64,000 bases of DNA from Acholeplasma sp. (GCA_036677365.1 JAVBWN010000001.1:1-64000), one strand, 5' to 3'; positions 10,675 through 20,973 are shown, numbered from the stretch's first letter. Numbers and translations: made by a program. The notes: generated by a model not told the origin, from the sequence alone.

Positions 10675-12130
10675 TTTGAGTACTCCAAAACAAGAAATTT
10701 TAAGAGTGGAACATCTCAAACAGTACTTTAAACTTGGTTCTGGCAGGAACAAAGCGGTCAATAAGGCTGTTGACGATATTTCATTTACCATCAATAAAGG
10801 TGAAGTTTTCTCCCTCGTTGGTGAATCCGGTTGTGGTAAAACCACGACAGGTAGAACCATCATCAAACTATATAATTCCTCTGGTGGTGAAGTCTTCTTT
10901 GAAGGCACCAGAATTATATCGGATGTGAAAAGAGCGAAAGCTGATCATAAAGCAGTAGTTGCTAGAATTTCAGCAGAAAAAGCTGAAAAATTAAAAGCAT
11001 TGGCGGAAAAAGGTTTATCTGAACAAGAAACCAATGAAGAAAAAGCACGCATTCAAGCCGCATACGATGAAGAATTCAACCAATCCATGGCAGTTTTAAG
11101 ACTTGCAAAGCGTGACAAACGTTTTGTCAGTGTCAAAGACCCTCACGGATTAAAGGAAATCGCTGAACTCGATAAGAATGAACGCTACCAAGAAATTCTT
11201 AAGCGTTATGAACAGGCGAATGATGCAGTAAAAGAACAAATCGCTGAATTGGAAAAATCGTTAAAGTCTGCTGAAGGCGAACTGGCTCGTGCTGGTGAAG
11301 CCCAGAAGAAAGAAGCGAAAGCAAATCTTGCCAATCAAACCAAAGAATTGGCTAAACTCAAAAAAGAAATTAGCTTAAACGCAATTAGACAAAAACAAGA
11401 TGTGCTCAACTTGAAGTATCAATTGACACATAAAAACAAACTATTAATGCGTAAAATGCAAATGATTTTCCAAGACCCGATTGCGTCCTTAAACCCACGT
11501 ATGACAGTAAAAGAAATCATTGCTGAAGGTTTACGTATCAATGGTGTACGTAATGAAGCAGAAATCGATGCTAGAGTGAAAGAAGCACTTAAGACTGTTG
11601 GTTTATTGCCAGAACATGCGAGCCGTTACCCACATGAGTTCTCAGGTGGTCAACGTCAACGTATTGGGATTGCTAGAGCCTTAGTCGTTGAACCTTCATT
11701 CATCATCGCTGACGAACCAATCTCGGCACTTGACGTCTCCATCAGAGCACAAATCATCAACTTGCTCAATGATTTGAGAGAAACCAAAGGCATTACCATC
11801 CTATTCATCGCCCACGACTTATCGGTAGTTAAATACTTTACCGACCGTCTTGCCGTGATGTATTTTGGTAAGATTGTTGAAATCGGTGATAAAGACGCAA
11901 TCTTTAATAACCCATTACACCCATATACCAAAACATTGCTTGAATCCATTCCACTTCCTGACCCTGCCTACGAACGTACCAGAGTAAGAAGAGCTAGATA
12001 CAATCCAAAAGAAGCGCATGATTATTCAGTAGAAACACCAACTTTGCGTGAAATCGAAAAAGACCACTTCGTTTTATGCAATACCGTTGAATTCGAAAAA
12101 TATCAAGCAGCCATTAAAGCGAATCAATAA
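10667..12130 (+). CDS. oppF: Oligopeptide ABC ATPase with coiled-coil insertion
   Basis: GESGCGKT, FSGGQRQR, DEPISALD; GTG start overlapping the end of oppD. Confidence 0.93.
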   Translation: MNNLSTPKQEILRVEHLKQYFKLGSGRNKAVNKAVDDISFTINKGEVFSLVGESGCGKTTTGRTIIKLYNSSGGEVFFEGTRIISDVKRAKADHKAVVARISAEKAEKLKALAEKGLSEQETNEEKARIQAAYDEEFNQSMAVLRLAKRDKRFVSVKDPHGLKEIAELDKNERYQEILKRYEQANDAVKEQIAELEKSLKSAEGELARAGEAQKKEAKANLANQTKELAKLKKEISLNAIRQKQDVLNLKYQLTHKNKLLMRKMQMIFQDPIASLNPRMTVKEIIAEGLRINGVRNEAEIDARVKEALKTVGLLPEHASRYPHEFSGGQRQRIGIARALVVEPSFIIADEPISALDVSIRAQIINLLNDLRETKGITILFIAHDLSVVKYFTDRLAVMYFGKIVEIGDKDAIFNNPLHPYTKTLLESIPLPDPAYERTRVRRARYNPKEAHDYSVETPTLREIEKDHFVLCNTVEFEKYQAAIKANQ

Positions 12131-12489
12131 TGAATAAGGTTCGATTGGTTATTCTATTTACCATTCTAAATGTGTTTGCCCTAATCCTCCACTTGTGGAT
12201 TATGGGCAGCACATTTACCATTTCTTCCCTCAGTGATGTATACTTTGTTGTGGGCATCATCACATTTTTGCCATCCATTGTGGCTATGACTAAAGCTTAT
12301 GTGGTTTTTCAGGGTTTTAGTTACGCCATGAAGTCAATGTTTGGTAAAAATTTTAAGTCGATGTACCCCCAATTTAAAGACTATCAAGCCACCAAGGAAG
12401 ATGACATTAAGACGACGTTCTTCACTGAACTACTCATCAGTTCATTTTCAGTGATGTTGATTGGTATTGTATTGGCGGTGATGGTTTGA
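12130..12489 (+). CDS. Small membrane protein, DUF3899-like
   Basis: Three hydrophobic segments, translationally coupled to oppF; DUF3899 genes often accompany opp operons. Confidence 0.6.
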   Translation: MNKVRLVILFTILNVFALILHLWIMGSTFTISSLSDVYFVVGIITFLPSIVAMTKAYVVFQGFSYAMKSMFGKNFKSMYPQFKDYQATKEDDIKTTFFTELLISSFSVMLIGIVLAVMV

Positions 12490-12490
12490 T

Positions 12491-13222
12491 ATGGATGAAT
12501 TAAAACGTATTAACAAGCAATTTACACGAACATATGTACTTTATATTGTCATATTTATCGCATTTTTGTTGACAGCATTCTCCATCGGTATTTGGATTAA
12601 GGATTCAAATATTGAATTTATGCTATTTCTGTTACTCATCATTGTATTGATGATCGTATCGGTATATTTCAAATCTTATTTGGATCGCATTCAAAACGTA
12701 GCATATTTAGTTAGAATCATGCGTAATGCAAGTAACCCAATTGATTTAAATCACATGCGCGAACTGCCCATTTTTGAAGCTTACGCTAGACAGAAGGGGT
12801 TTACATTATTTACCACGGGGCAAACTTTTAAAGTATTCTACAAAGCAGATAAAGACCACATTAAGAGTTTTGGGAGACGCTATATACTTCAAGTCTTGGT
12901 AGTACTCGATCCAACTGAACCCATTTTCTTTTCCGATAAAGCTGATGATGAAATCAATAAATTGAATCAAGAGTTGTTAAAGAAGAAAATAAAGGTCAGC
13001 CGTATGCTGGTCACACAAATTAAACCAGTCGATGAATTAGACGACGCTACAAAAAATGCCATCAAAGAAATTGTATTCTATCGTAGTAAGCGTGAAATCA
13101 TTTCTGTCATCAATGTAGCAATCCATAAATCATCCAATAAAGCGGTCATGTTGTACTCAGACACCTATAGCCCAAGTCTTTACTATAAGTATCATGTAGA
13201 ACAGCTAAAAACCCTCATATAA
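12491..13222 (+). CDS. Hypothetical membrane protein (two N-terminal TM helices)
   Basis: Long ORF coupled to the upstream gene and followed by a terminator. Confidence 0.7.
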   Translation: MDELKRINKQFTRTYVLYIVIFIAFLLTAFSIGIWIKDSNIEFMLFLLLIIVLMIVSVYFKSYLDRIQNVAYLVRIMRNASNPIDLNHMRELPIFEAYARQKGFTLFTTGQTFKVFYKADKDHIKSFGRRYILQVLVVLDPTEPIFFSDKADDEINKLNQELLKKKIKVSRMLVTQIKPVDELDDATKNAIKEIVFYRSKREIISVINVAIHKSSNKAVMLYSDTYSPSLYYKYHVEQLKTLI

Positions 13223-13230
13223 TAACAAAT

Positions 13231-13274
13231 AAAAGGACATCTGACGAGTTCAAACTCGACAAATGTCCTTTTTT
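13231..13274 (+). terminator. Intrinsic terminator of the opp operon
   Basis: AAAAGGACAT...ATGTCCTTTTTT. Confidence 0.8.
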
Positions 13275-13337
13275 AATTATAAAAAGAAAAAATGTTAGCC
13301 GGGGAAACTAACATTTCCGTATCTTGGATAAGATTGA

Positions 13338-14021
13338 TTACTCTTCGGTATAGTAGTTTAGACGGTAACCCGTACCCCAAATGGTATCGATTAAAGGTCT
13401 ATTCTTATCGAATTCAATCTTATTGCGCAAGCGTGTGATGTGAATACTTAAAGCATTATCGGTAGCAGATTCGTCATCGTCCCAAGCATAATGGATGATC
13501 GCATCTTTGTCTACGATGTGATTCTTATTGTTAAACAAAATTCTCAAAATCCTTGCTTCAACATTGGTCAGTTTAAGATTTTCCTCATGTTTTTTGACAT
13601 ATCGATTGTGTAAATCGATTTCGATTGGACCAAACCTAACTTTTCGAATTAATCGACTTGTTTTTTCAAGCAATTTAATAATTGAAACAATACGTGCAGA
13701 TACAATAATTGGGTTGAATGGAATCCGGATGACCCCTTGAACACCTAGTTTATAATAGGCAATTTCATCGGATTCATTGATGTCACCAAACACATAGATA
13801 GGGACAGTACCGGTTCTTACGATGGGTGTTAAATACTGAACATTGGCTTCAAAGGAAGATTTTAGTTCATACAAAACAAAATCATAAATTTGGTCTGCAT
13901 TTTTCTTTTGTTGTGCGGCAGCATACTTCTTTGTTACAACATGAAAATCAGTTTGTCTAAACTGCATAATGAGATCGTCATAGGGCTTAGGACGATCTGA
14001 AATCAATAAAATGTTACCCAT
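13338..14021 (-). CDS. OmpR-family response regulator with atypical receiver domain (orphan)
   Basis: C-terminal winged helix (LTNVEARIL, HITRLRNKIE, TIWGTGY); RBS GAGGGAG before ATG 14021. Confidence 0.85.
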   Translation of the reverse strand: MGNILLISDRPKPYDDLIMQFRQTDFHVVTKKYAAAQQKKNADQIYDFVLYELKSSFEANVQYLTPIVRTGTVPIYVFGDINESDEIAYYKLGVQGVIRIPFNPIIVSARIVSIIKLLEKTSRLIRKVRFGPIEIDLHNRYVKKHEENLKLTNVEARILRILFNNKNHIVDKDAIIHYAWDDDESATDNALSIHITRLRNKIEFDKNRPLIDTIWGTGYRLNYYTEE

Positions 14022-14315
14022 ACACACTCCCTCAAACGTCATGGATTCTACGTATTTATTGCATTTGAATATTTTTTAGGGCAAAAATAAGGCTTTTATC
14101 TTAACCCCTTAAGTATATTATAGCAAACAAGTCTTTCATATATATTTCGAAATAAGTTATTTTGAAGGATGTTAAAACATTATTACAAACGCTTTCATTA
14201 TGAACACATAAAATGAATGTTTTTATAAAGTGAAATAAAACGACAATATCATCCTTTGAATTAGGTGTTTTCTATAAAAAAACTGTACTCAAGCACTGAG
14301 TACAGTAAGGTGTAT

Positions 14316-14675
14316 TTATTCTACGGTTTTGATTTGAGTGAAGAAATACCAATATTTGATGATATCAATCAATACGAGAACAATCGTTACAGCCCAGTGT
14401 TGGACGATGAAGATGGTAATCAACAAGATGACATCAACAAAAATCATGAGCTGCCATTTATCTTTACGTTTCATGGCTCGATGTTCGACAAAATCCGATA
14501 GGTATTTCTGATAAATCTTAGTTTGAATAAACCAACGGTGGAATCGGTTTGAACCCTTCGCAAAGAAATACACGGTCAATAACAAAAATGGAGTGGTTGG
14601 TAAAACAGGCAAAACGATACCTATCAAACCAACGGCTAAAGATATAAATCCCAATATAATATATATTAAACGCAT
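14316..14675 (-). CDS. YbaN/DUF454 family membrane protein
   Basis: GIVLPVLPTTPFLLL...FAKGS signature. Confidence 0.9.
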   Translation of the reverse strand: MRLIYIILGFISLAVGLIGIVLPVLPTTPFLLLTVYFFAKGSNRFHRWFIQTKIYQKYLSDFVEHRAMKRKDKWQLMIFVDVILLITIFIVQHWAVTIVLVLIDIIKYWYFFTQIKTVE

Positions 14676-15883
14676 TAGTCTTTTGAGACGAGACGTTTTT
14701 CGCCTTCTAAATCACGGATAGGTTTAATGTTTTGAGTAATTTCTAAGGTACCCAAGTAGTTGTTGTCTTTATCTCGAACTGCGAAGTAGCGAATATAAAC
14801 AAACATATCCTTTAGCTTGATCCAAAAATCTTCATTGTCTTTTCTACCAGAACGGAAGGATTCGACAATTTCTTCAACGATGTGAACACTGGCAGGGGGA
14901 TGACACATCGAAACGTGTCGCCCAATGATTGTTTTAGGTCGATCAAAAATGCGTTCTTTCCCTTGAGTGAAATACTTCACAAAACCATCCTTATCGACAA
15001 AAGTCATATCAAATGGCAAAACGTTGAGCATGTGATTGACTTCTTCAAATGTGAGAGACCCAGCATCAAATGGTACAGAACCAACTGTACTCTCTACTTT
15101 AGGTGGTACAGGTTCGTTGATGTCTTTTGGTCGTTCTTGTTTCCAAGATTCCTTCGGTTTTTCCAAGAACCATCCGATTTCTTCACTCGATGAATCGACG
15201 ATGACCCAATCGAAGAAATTCATGTTTTCAAGTAACAATGGCATTAATATGTTGTTTTCTTTGAATACCATATCACGAACCCTGAGAATGTTCGCTTGAA
15301 TCAGTTTTCTAACATGCGCTTCATCATGGTCGATTTCACCCAATTGACGAATGATCTCTTTGATTTCAGCACGAATTTCATCATCCACACCCCACATGAC
15401 TTTTGGTGGCGCAGTGATGCCATTTTTTTCTAATTTCGGGAACATCAAATACTCTTTTCGAGCATAATGGTGATGGATTTCCTTCAATCGATCATAACCA
15501 ACACGTAACATCAATTCAGCTGTTTTACCGGACTGTGATAAGTAAGGCTCAATTTCTTCACTGATGAGTTTTTCGATGCGTGCATTTTCTTCAAAAAACA
15601 CTTGTACAGGGTGTCCTTTAATCTTGGTATGGTCTCCGAAACTATGGATGTCTGATATGGAACCTTCGAAGACTGCAGCATGTACATCACATAGTTTTTG
15701 TATTTCATCAACTTGCATACCTTCTTTGATGAGTGCTTGTTCCATCTGAGAAATCTCAGCAGTAGTTACTTCATCGAAATTGGCTTTAAATAAAGCTTTC
15801 GCTTCGTCTAATGATGTACCGCTGTGCAAACCACGGATAATTTCTTTTAATTTTTGTTGTCTATTGTTGATAAATTCACTCAT
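14675..15883 (-). CDS. DUF438 + hemerythrin-like + PAS domain protein
   Basis: IQKLCDVHA, GHPV, HYARKE, MWGVDDEIR, KENNIL, C-terminal PAS (CHPPAS). Confidence 0.85.
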   Translation of the reverse strand: MSEFINNRQQKLKEIIRGLHSGTSLDEAKALFKANFDEVTTAEISQMEQALIKEGMQVDEIQKLCDVHAAVFEGSISDIHSFGDHTKIKGHPVQVFFEENARIEKLISEEIEPYLSQSGKTAELMLRVGYDRLKEIHHHYARKEYLMFPKLEKNGITAPPKVMWGVDDEIRAEIKEIIRQLGEIDHDEAHVRKLIQANILRVRDMVFKENNILMPLLLENMNFFDWVIVDSSSEEIGWFLEKPKESWKQERPKDINEPVPPKVESTVGSVPFDAGSLTFEEVNHMLNVLPFDMTFVDKDGFVKYFTQGKERIFDRPKTIIGRHVSMCHPPASVHIVEEIVESFRSGRKDNEDFWIKLKDMFVYIRYFAVRDKDNNYLGTLEITQNIKPIRDLEGEKRLVSKD

Positions 15884-15884
15884 T

Positions 15885-16112
15885 TTATACCCCCTCTATG
15901 TCAAAACCTTGTGATCGAAATGTATCTAAAACCAAAGTCAAATCAATATGTCTGAGTGAACACCCATGTTTTATGGTCATAAAACGGCCTACAGTATTCA
16001 ACATTTGTGGTTTTACGATTTCAGTAAACCCCAAGCCATATAAAATGTCTTTTATTTCAGGATATGTTTTAACCAGCGATGAGATGCTTTGATTGATATC
16101 GATCTGTTTCAT
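15885..16112 (-). CDS. DUF1858 domain protein
   Basis: LVKTYPEIKDILYGLGF...LNTVGRFMTI; usual partner of DUF438. Confidence 0.8.
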   Translation of the reverse strand: MKQIDINQSISSLVKTYPEIKDILYGLGFTEIVKPQMLNTVGRFMTIKHGCSLRHIDLTLVLDTFRSQGFDIEGV

Positions 16113-16241
16113 GGTGTCAACCTCTTTTACGTATGTAGTTTATCAAATCTGTCAAATCATATCAAACGATGTTGTAAGTTGACAATAAATTATTTAAATA
16201 AGAAAAACCCCCTAACTTTTTAAAGGTAAGGGGTTGGAGTA

Positions 16242-17183
16242 CTATTTATTTTCTAAAGATAAGATGGATTTTGTTTTGATTAGCAAATATATAGAAGTTA
16301 TAAGCGCTAAGAGTGCAGCACCTACGCGATAAGTACCGGAATAAATAGCTATCAGATAAATGTTATAACCAAACAGTAGCGAGAATAACACGATATTGAT
16401 AATCATAAGTAAAATCATAAAACGATGTGAGGAAATGAAATTGGATTGTTTACAGTAGTTATTACGCATTTTGAACACATCTGAGCTGGTTAGTAAGTTA
16501 ACCACTGAGACTGCAAATGCTGCAATAGCGACCCCAATCTCAATTGCACTCAATAATTCGTATCTAAATGTTAATAAGTTGATGGTTAAGAATGCAAATA
16601 CCACATGTAACATACTGATGTAGAACATTTTACTATCGAACATGAATGTATCATACATGGTATCGGGTTCATCTAGAATATCAAATGACTTGGTACCGAT
16701 GATCAATGCTTGTAGTACCATGGCTTGTACGAATAACATGATTTCTGAATTAAAACCACTGAATATTGTTGTAATGTAGGTCAATTGTTGAAGATTGATT
16801 CTCGATAAATCAAACACTAAGGCAGGATTACCACCCAATATTTGATTTTTAATGATGTTTTGCACATCCACAATTAAGTAATATTTGTACATGTAAACAC
16901 TGAAGAAGTATGTACATAATACAGAAAATCCGAGCCATAATAATAATCTTAATGTAGATTTTGATAGGGAAAAGCCGTCATCTTTGACCCATATGCTGAT
17001 GACGACAAACAGAATTAAGAATGTCAATGTTTTCAAATATATTAGAATATCTGGCAATCCAAAGCCATCCAGGATAGGTGCGATGTATAGGTTTGTGATG
17101 ATGACCATGATGTCTAAGAATAGGATTGCACCAATGGTGTACATCAAATAACGCATCTTTGTTTCATTGTTACGACTGATCAT
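16242..17183 (-). CDS. Hypothetical polytopic membrane protein
   Basis: About 8 hydrophobic segments; RBS AGAGG before ATG 17183; extended -10 upstream. Confidence 0.7.
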   Translation of the reverse strand: MISRNNETKMRYLMYTIGAILFLDIMVIITNLYIAPILDGFGLPDILIYLKTLTFLILFVVISIWVKDDGFSLSKSTLRLLLWLGFSVLCTYFFSVYMYKYYLIVDVQNIIKNQILGGNPALVFDLSRINLQQLTYITTIFSGFNSEIMLFVQAMVLQALIIGTKSFDILDEPDTMYDTFMFDSKMFYISMLHVVFAFLTINLLTFRYELLSAIEIGVAIAAFAVSVVNLLTSSDVFKMRNNYCKQSNFISSHRFMILLMIINIVLFSLLFGYNIYLIAIYSGTYRVGAALLALITSIYLLIKTKSILSLENK

Positions 17184-17285
17184 AAGATAAGTACCTCTCT
17201 GTATAGAAAAAATCCGTGTTTTTATTATACCACAACCCATCGTCAACTATGGATAAAGATTGAGATAAAAACACAAGATTTCTAT

Positions 17286-17470
17286 AAAAAAACACCCTAA
17301 GGTGTAAATATAAAAAAAAATCACCGTTTACAGATGTTTCGTTATTGAGGATGGCAGATCAATAACAAAACATCATGATGCGTGGTGTTACGCTTAGGTA
17401 TTTTTTGGGAGAAAAAATACGTAAATGGTCAATCGCTCGATCATAAAAGGATCTGTTACGCTTTCGACAA
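17286..17470 (-). ncRNA. Candidate structured small RNA or cis-regulatory leader
   Basis: Minus-strand TATAAT (17480-17475), two strong hairpins with C-rich loops, a U-run and a terminator hairpin; no credible ORF. Confidence 0.45.
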
Positions 17471-17658
17471 TTTCATTATAAACAAATCAAGACAACAATG
17501 ATTGTGAAAATGCTTTTATTTTTCTATGAAAACGATTACCAGTTTTTTTCACAAATTATTCCCACGATTTCATTATAAATAATATAATAAATAGTGTGTA
17601 TCATTAGATATAGCGTTTCAAATGCGTTATAATACATGTGGTATAAGGAGGACATAAT

Positions 17659-18432
17659 ATGTCAACATTAAAAATTAGCAATCTACATGTCTCTATCGAA
17701 GACAAGCAAATCCTTAAAGGAGTCAATCTAATAGTAAATAGTGGTGAAGTTCATGCCATTATGGGACCTAACGGTACAGGTAAGTCTACTTTGGCAAGTG
17801 CACTTATGGGTCACCCGAAGTATGAAGTGACAGATGGTGAAGTATTTTTAGATGATCAAAACCTTTTAGAACTTGAAGTGGATGAAAGAGCCAGAGCAGG
17901 TTTATTCCTTGCGATGCAATACCCAGCAGAAGTTCCAGGCGTTACCAACAGTGACTTCATGCGTTCATCGCTTAAAGCTAAAAATGATGGACAACCCATC
18001 CCTTTATTCGATTTTATCGCTAAGTATGAAAAAGCGGCTAAAGAATTAAAAATGCGCGAAGACTTACCCCACAGATACCTTAACGAAGGTTTCTCAGGTG
18101 GTGAAAAGAAACGCAATGAAATATTACAACTCAAGATGTTGAAACCTAAGTTTGCTGTTTTAGATGAAATCGACTCAGGACTAGATATCGATGCGTTAAG
18201 AGTAGTCGGTGAAAATGTCAATAGCATGGTCAATTCTAACTTTGGTTGTATCTTAATTACCCACTATCAAAGAATTTTGGACCACATCAAACCAACCAAT
18301 GTTCACATCATGATTGACGGGAAGATTGTTTTAAGTGGTGGTCAAGAATTGATTGAAAAGATTGATCAAAATGGTTATGAATGGGTGAAGGATGAATTGG
18401 GTATCGATTTTGTAGAAACGGACAATGAATAG
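17659..18432 (+). CDS. sufC: Fe-S cluster assembly ATPase
   Basis: GPNGTGKS, NEGFSGGEKKRNE, DEIDSGLD. Confidence 0.97.
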   Translation: MSTLKISNLHVSIEDKQILKGVNLIVNSGEVHAIMGPNGTGKSTLASALMGHPKYEVTDGEVFLDDQNLLELEVDERARAGLFLAMQYPAEVPGVTNSDFMRSSLKAKNDGQPIPLFDFIAKYEKAAKELKMREDLPHRYLNEGFSGGEKKRNEILQLKMLKPKFAVLDEIDSGLDIDALRVVGENVNSMVNSNFGCILITHYQRILDHIKPTNVHIMIDGKIVLSGGQELIEKIDQNGYEWVKDELGIDFVETDNE

Positions 18433-19309
18433 TATGAATCAAATCATCATCAAAGATCATCAGGTCCAAGGTGTCTTACCTAAAGGCATCACATTTGATG
18501 AACAAGTCCTATCCATTCAAAAAAATCAAACCTTCCAAGACCCGATTAAAATTACACTTAAAGACGACAATAATGAGTCTTTAGAAATCGTGGTTGGTGA
18601 ATCTGCAGAAGTCAAAATCATTTTAGAGATTGCAAGCGGGGACATCAATCCAAATACATATAACATCAAATTAACTGGCAAACCAAATGCCAATGTGAAA
18701 TACCTCTTGGTATGTGACCTTGCCAGCAAAAATGCCAATTTACAACATTATTTCGTGGCTGAACGCGATTCCCAACTCGATTTGATTGGTGGATTCGTTT
18801 CGAATGTCATCCATGCGAAAATGAATGCGAGATTGGTTGGCCAAGGTGCGAATGTTAAATTACAAGCTGTTGCCATCAGTTCAACAGATAACAACCAAGT
18901 CATTGACATTGAAATTGTACACGCAGCACCAAACTCCACAGGTACCATGCATAACATCGCCATCGCCAATGCCAATGGACGCGTCATTTTAAACGGTGTT
19001 GAAAAAATCTTAAAGGGCATGAAACAAGCCGATGCTTATCAAAGTTTGAAAGGTATCATCGCAAGTGATCAAGCCATCATCGAAGTAAATCCAATCTTAT
19101 TGATTGATGAATATGACGTCAAAGCTGGACATGGGGCAACCATCGGTAAATTGGATGAAAATAGCGTTTATTACTTAATGAGTAGAGGATTGACTCGTAA
19201 AGATGCAGAACGCTTGATGATCAATGGATTCTTAAATCCAATCATCTCAGAAATCACCGACGAACCACTCAAAGAACGATTCGTTTCTTTGGTCAATCAA
19301 CGTTTATAA
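18425..19309 (+). CDS. sufD: Fe-S cluster assembly protein SufD
   Basis: PILLIDEYDVKAGHGATIG, YLMSRG; operon position. Confidence 0.92.
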   Translation: MNSMNQIIIKDHQVQGVLPKGITFDEQVLSIQKNQTFQDPIKITLKDDNNESLEIVVGESAEVKIILEIASGDINPNTYNIKLTGKPNANVKYLLVCDLASKNANLQHYFVAERDSQLDLIGGFVSNVIHAKMNARLVGQGANVKLQAVAISSTDNNQVIDIEIVHAAPNSTGTMHNIAIANANGRVILNGVEKILKGMKQADAYQSLKGIIASDQAIIEVNPILLIDEYDVKAGHGATIGKLDENSVYYLMSRGLTRKDAERLMINGFLNPIISEITDEPLKERFVSLVNQRL

Positions 19310-19313
19310 AACT

Positions 19314-20519
19314 ATGCTAGATGTCAAACTTATACGTCAACAATTCCCCATTTACGACCATAATCCAAATCTAGTATATTTAGATACAGCAGCCTCTTCA
19401 TTGAAACCTAAAAATGTCATCGATGTGGTAGATCATTATTACTCAAAACTGGGTGTCAATGTCCACCGTGGTGTTTATGGGCTATCCTATGAAGCAACCG
19501 ATTTGTATGAAGCAGCCAGAACCACTGTAGCGAGATTTCTCAATGCGAAATTTGAAGAAATCGTGTTCACACGTGGGACCACTGCATCACTGAACTTGGT
19601 AGCATCTAGCTATCAAAAACAACTTAAAGCAGGCGATGAAATCATCACCTCTGAACTAGAACACCATTCATCTGTGTTGCCATGGATGCAAGTATCCAAA
19701 AACACAGGCGCTAAATTGGTATATGTACCACTCAATGCTGAGGGGAGAATTACCGTTGAAGCATTTAAATCGGTGCTCACTGACCAAACCAAAGTGGTTG
19801 CACTAACGTATGTTTCCAACGTCATGGGTTATGTCACACCAATCAAAGAAATCATCGATTTGGCACATCAAAAAGGTGCCATTGTGGTGGTTGATGCTGC
19901 TCAAGCAGCCCCACACATGAAAATCGATGTGACCGCTTTAAATGCAGATTTTCTAGCATTTTCAGGACACAAGATTTTGGGTCCTACCGGCATAGGTGTT
20001 CTCTATGGTAAAAAACACTTACTCAACAAAATGGAACCCACTGAATTTGGTGGTGACATGGTTGATCAAGTGGAATTGAATGGGGCGACATGGAAAGATA
20101 CCCCATATCGTTTTGAAGCAGGTACACCTATCATATCTGGTGCCATCGGATTAGGTAGAGCCATTGAATTCATTGAATCGATTGGTTTTGATGAAATACA
20201 CGCACACGTGCACGCATTACATCAATATACATTAGAGAAGATGAAAGCCATTGATGGCATCACTGTCTTTAACCCAACCTCAGAAACAGGTATCATTACG
20301 TTCAATGTGGACTTTGTTCATCCACATGACGCAGCCAGCATTTTCGATCAAAATAAAGTGTGCTTAAGGGCGGGGCATCATTGTGCCCAACTCATCACCA
20401 AATGGCTCAAACAATTGGCCACGTTGAGAGCAACATTTTACATCTACAATGATTATGAAGATGCCGATCGATTTGTTGAAAGCATCCAAGAAGCGGTTCG
20501 TTTCTTCAAAGCTTTTTAA
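19314..20519 (+). CDS. sufS: Cysteine desulfurase
   Basis: YLDTAAS, FSGHKILGPTG, RAGHHCA. Confidence 0.97.
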   Translation: MLDVKLIRQQFPIYDHNPNLVYLDTAASSLKPKNVIDVVDHYYSKLGVNVHRGVYGLSYEATDLYEAARTTVARFLNAKFEEIVFTRGTTASLNLVASSYQKQLKAGDEIITSELEHHSSVLPWMQVSKNTGAKLVYVPLNAEGRITVEAFKSVLTDQTKVVALTYVSNVMGYVTPIKEIIDLAHQKGAIVVVDAAQAAPHMKIDVTALNADFLAFSGHKILGPTGIGVLYGKKHLLNKMEPTEFGGDMVDQVELNGATWKDTPYRFEAGTPIISGAIGLGRAIEFIESIGFDEIHAHVHALHQYTLEKMKAIDGITVFNPTSETGIITFNVDFVHPHDAASIFDQNKVCLRAGHHCAQLITKWLKQLATLRATFYIYNDYEDADRFVESIQEAVRFFKAF

Positions 20520-20530
20520 GGAGAAAATAC

Positions 20531-20971
20531 ATGAGTTCACATTTAGAAAATTTATACCGTCAAGTCATCATGGATCACTATAAGAATCCATACAATAAAG
20601 GCTTGGTTCAAGACCCTACTTACTTTACAGTCCATTTGCATAACCCATCTTGTGGCGATGACATGACCGTTCAACTCAAAGAAACGAATGGCGTCATCAC
20701 CGACATCAAACACCAAGGTACAGGTTGTAGCATTTGCTGTTCTAGTGCCAGTGTGATGAGCATTACACTCAAAAACCATACCAAAGCAGAAGGGTTAGAC
20801 ATCATTCAAGCTTATTATCATATGTTGACCAATGAGCACTATGACCAAAAGATTCTAAATGGTGACGCATTAGCATATCATGGTGTCGCACAATTTCCAG
20901 CCAGAATCAAATGTGCCACACTTGCATGGAAAGCAGCTGAACAAGCATTGCTTCACAACAAGGAGGAATAA
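20531..20971 (+). CDS. sufU: SUF sulfur-transfer/scaffold protein
   Basis: [20 protein letters not shown]. Confidence 0.95.
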   Translation: MSSHLENLYRQVIMDHYKNPYNKGLVQDPTYFTVHLHNPSCGDDMTVQLKETNGVITDIKHQGTGCSICCSSASVMSITLKNHTKAEGLDIIQAYYHMLTNEHYDQKILNGDALAYHGVAQFPARIKCATLAWKAAEQALLHNKEE

Positions 20972-20973
20972 TC

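Noticed and set aside
12487-12489. Possible TGA=Trp recoding (code 4)
   Set aside because: Conserved genes use TGG for Trp and are full length under code 11; TGA ends genes such as trmD at the expected positions.
14268-17293. Shared 15-mer TTTCTATAAAAAAAC near 14270 and 17279 as possible att sites or target duplication
   Set aside because: Low-complexity terminator tails with no recombinase nearby.
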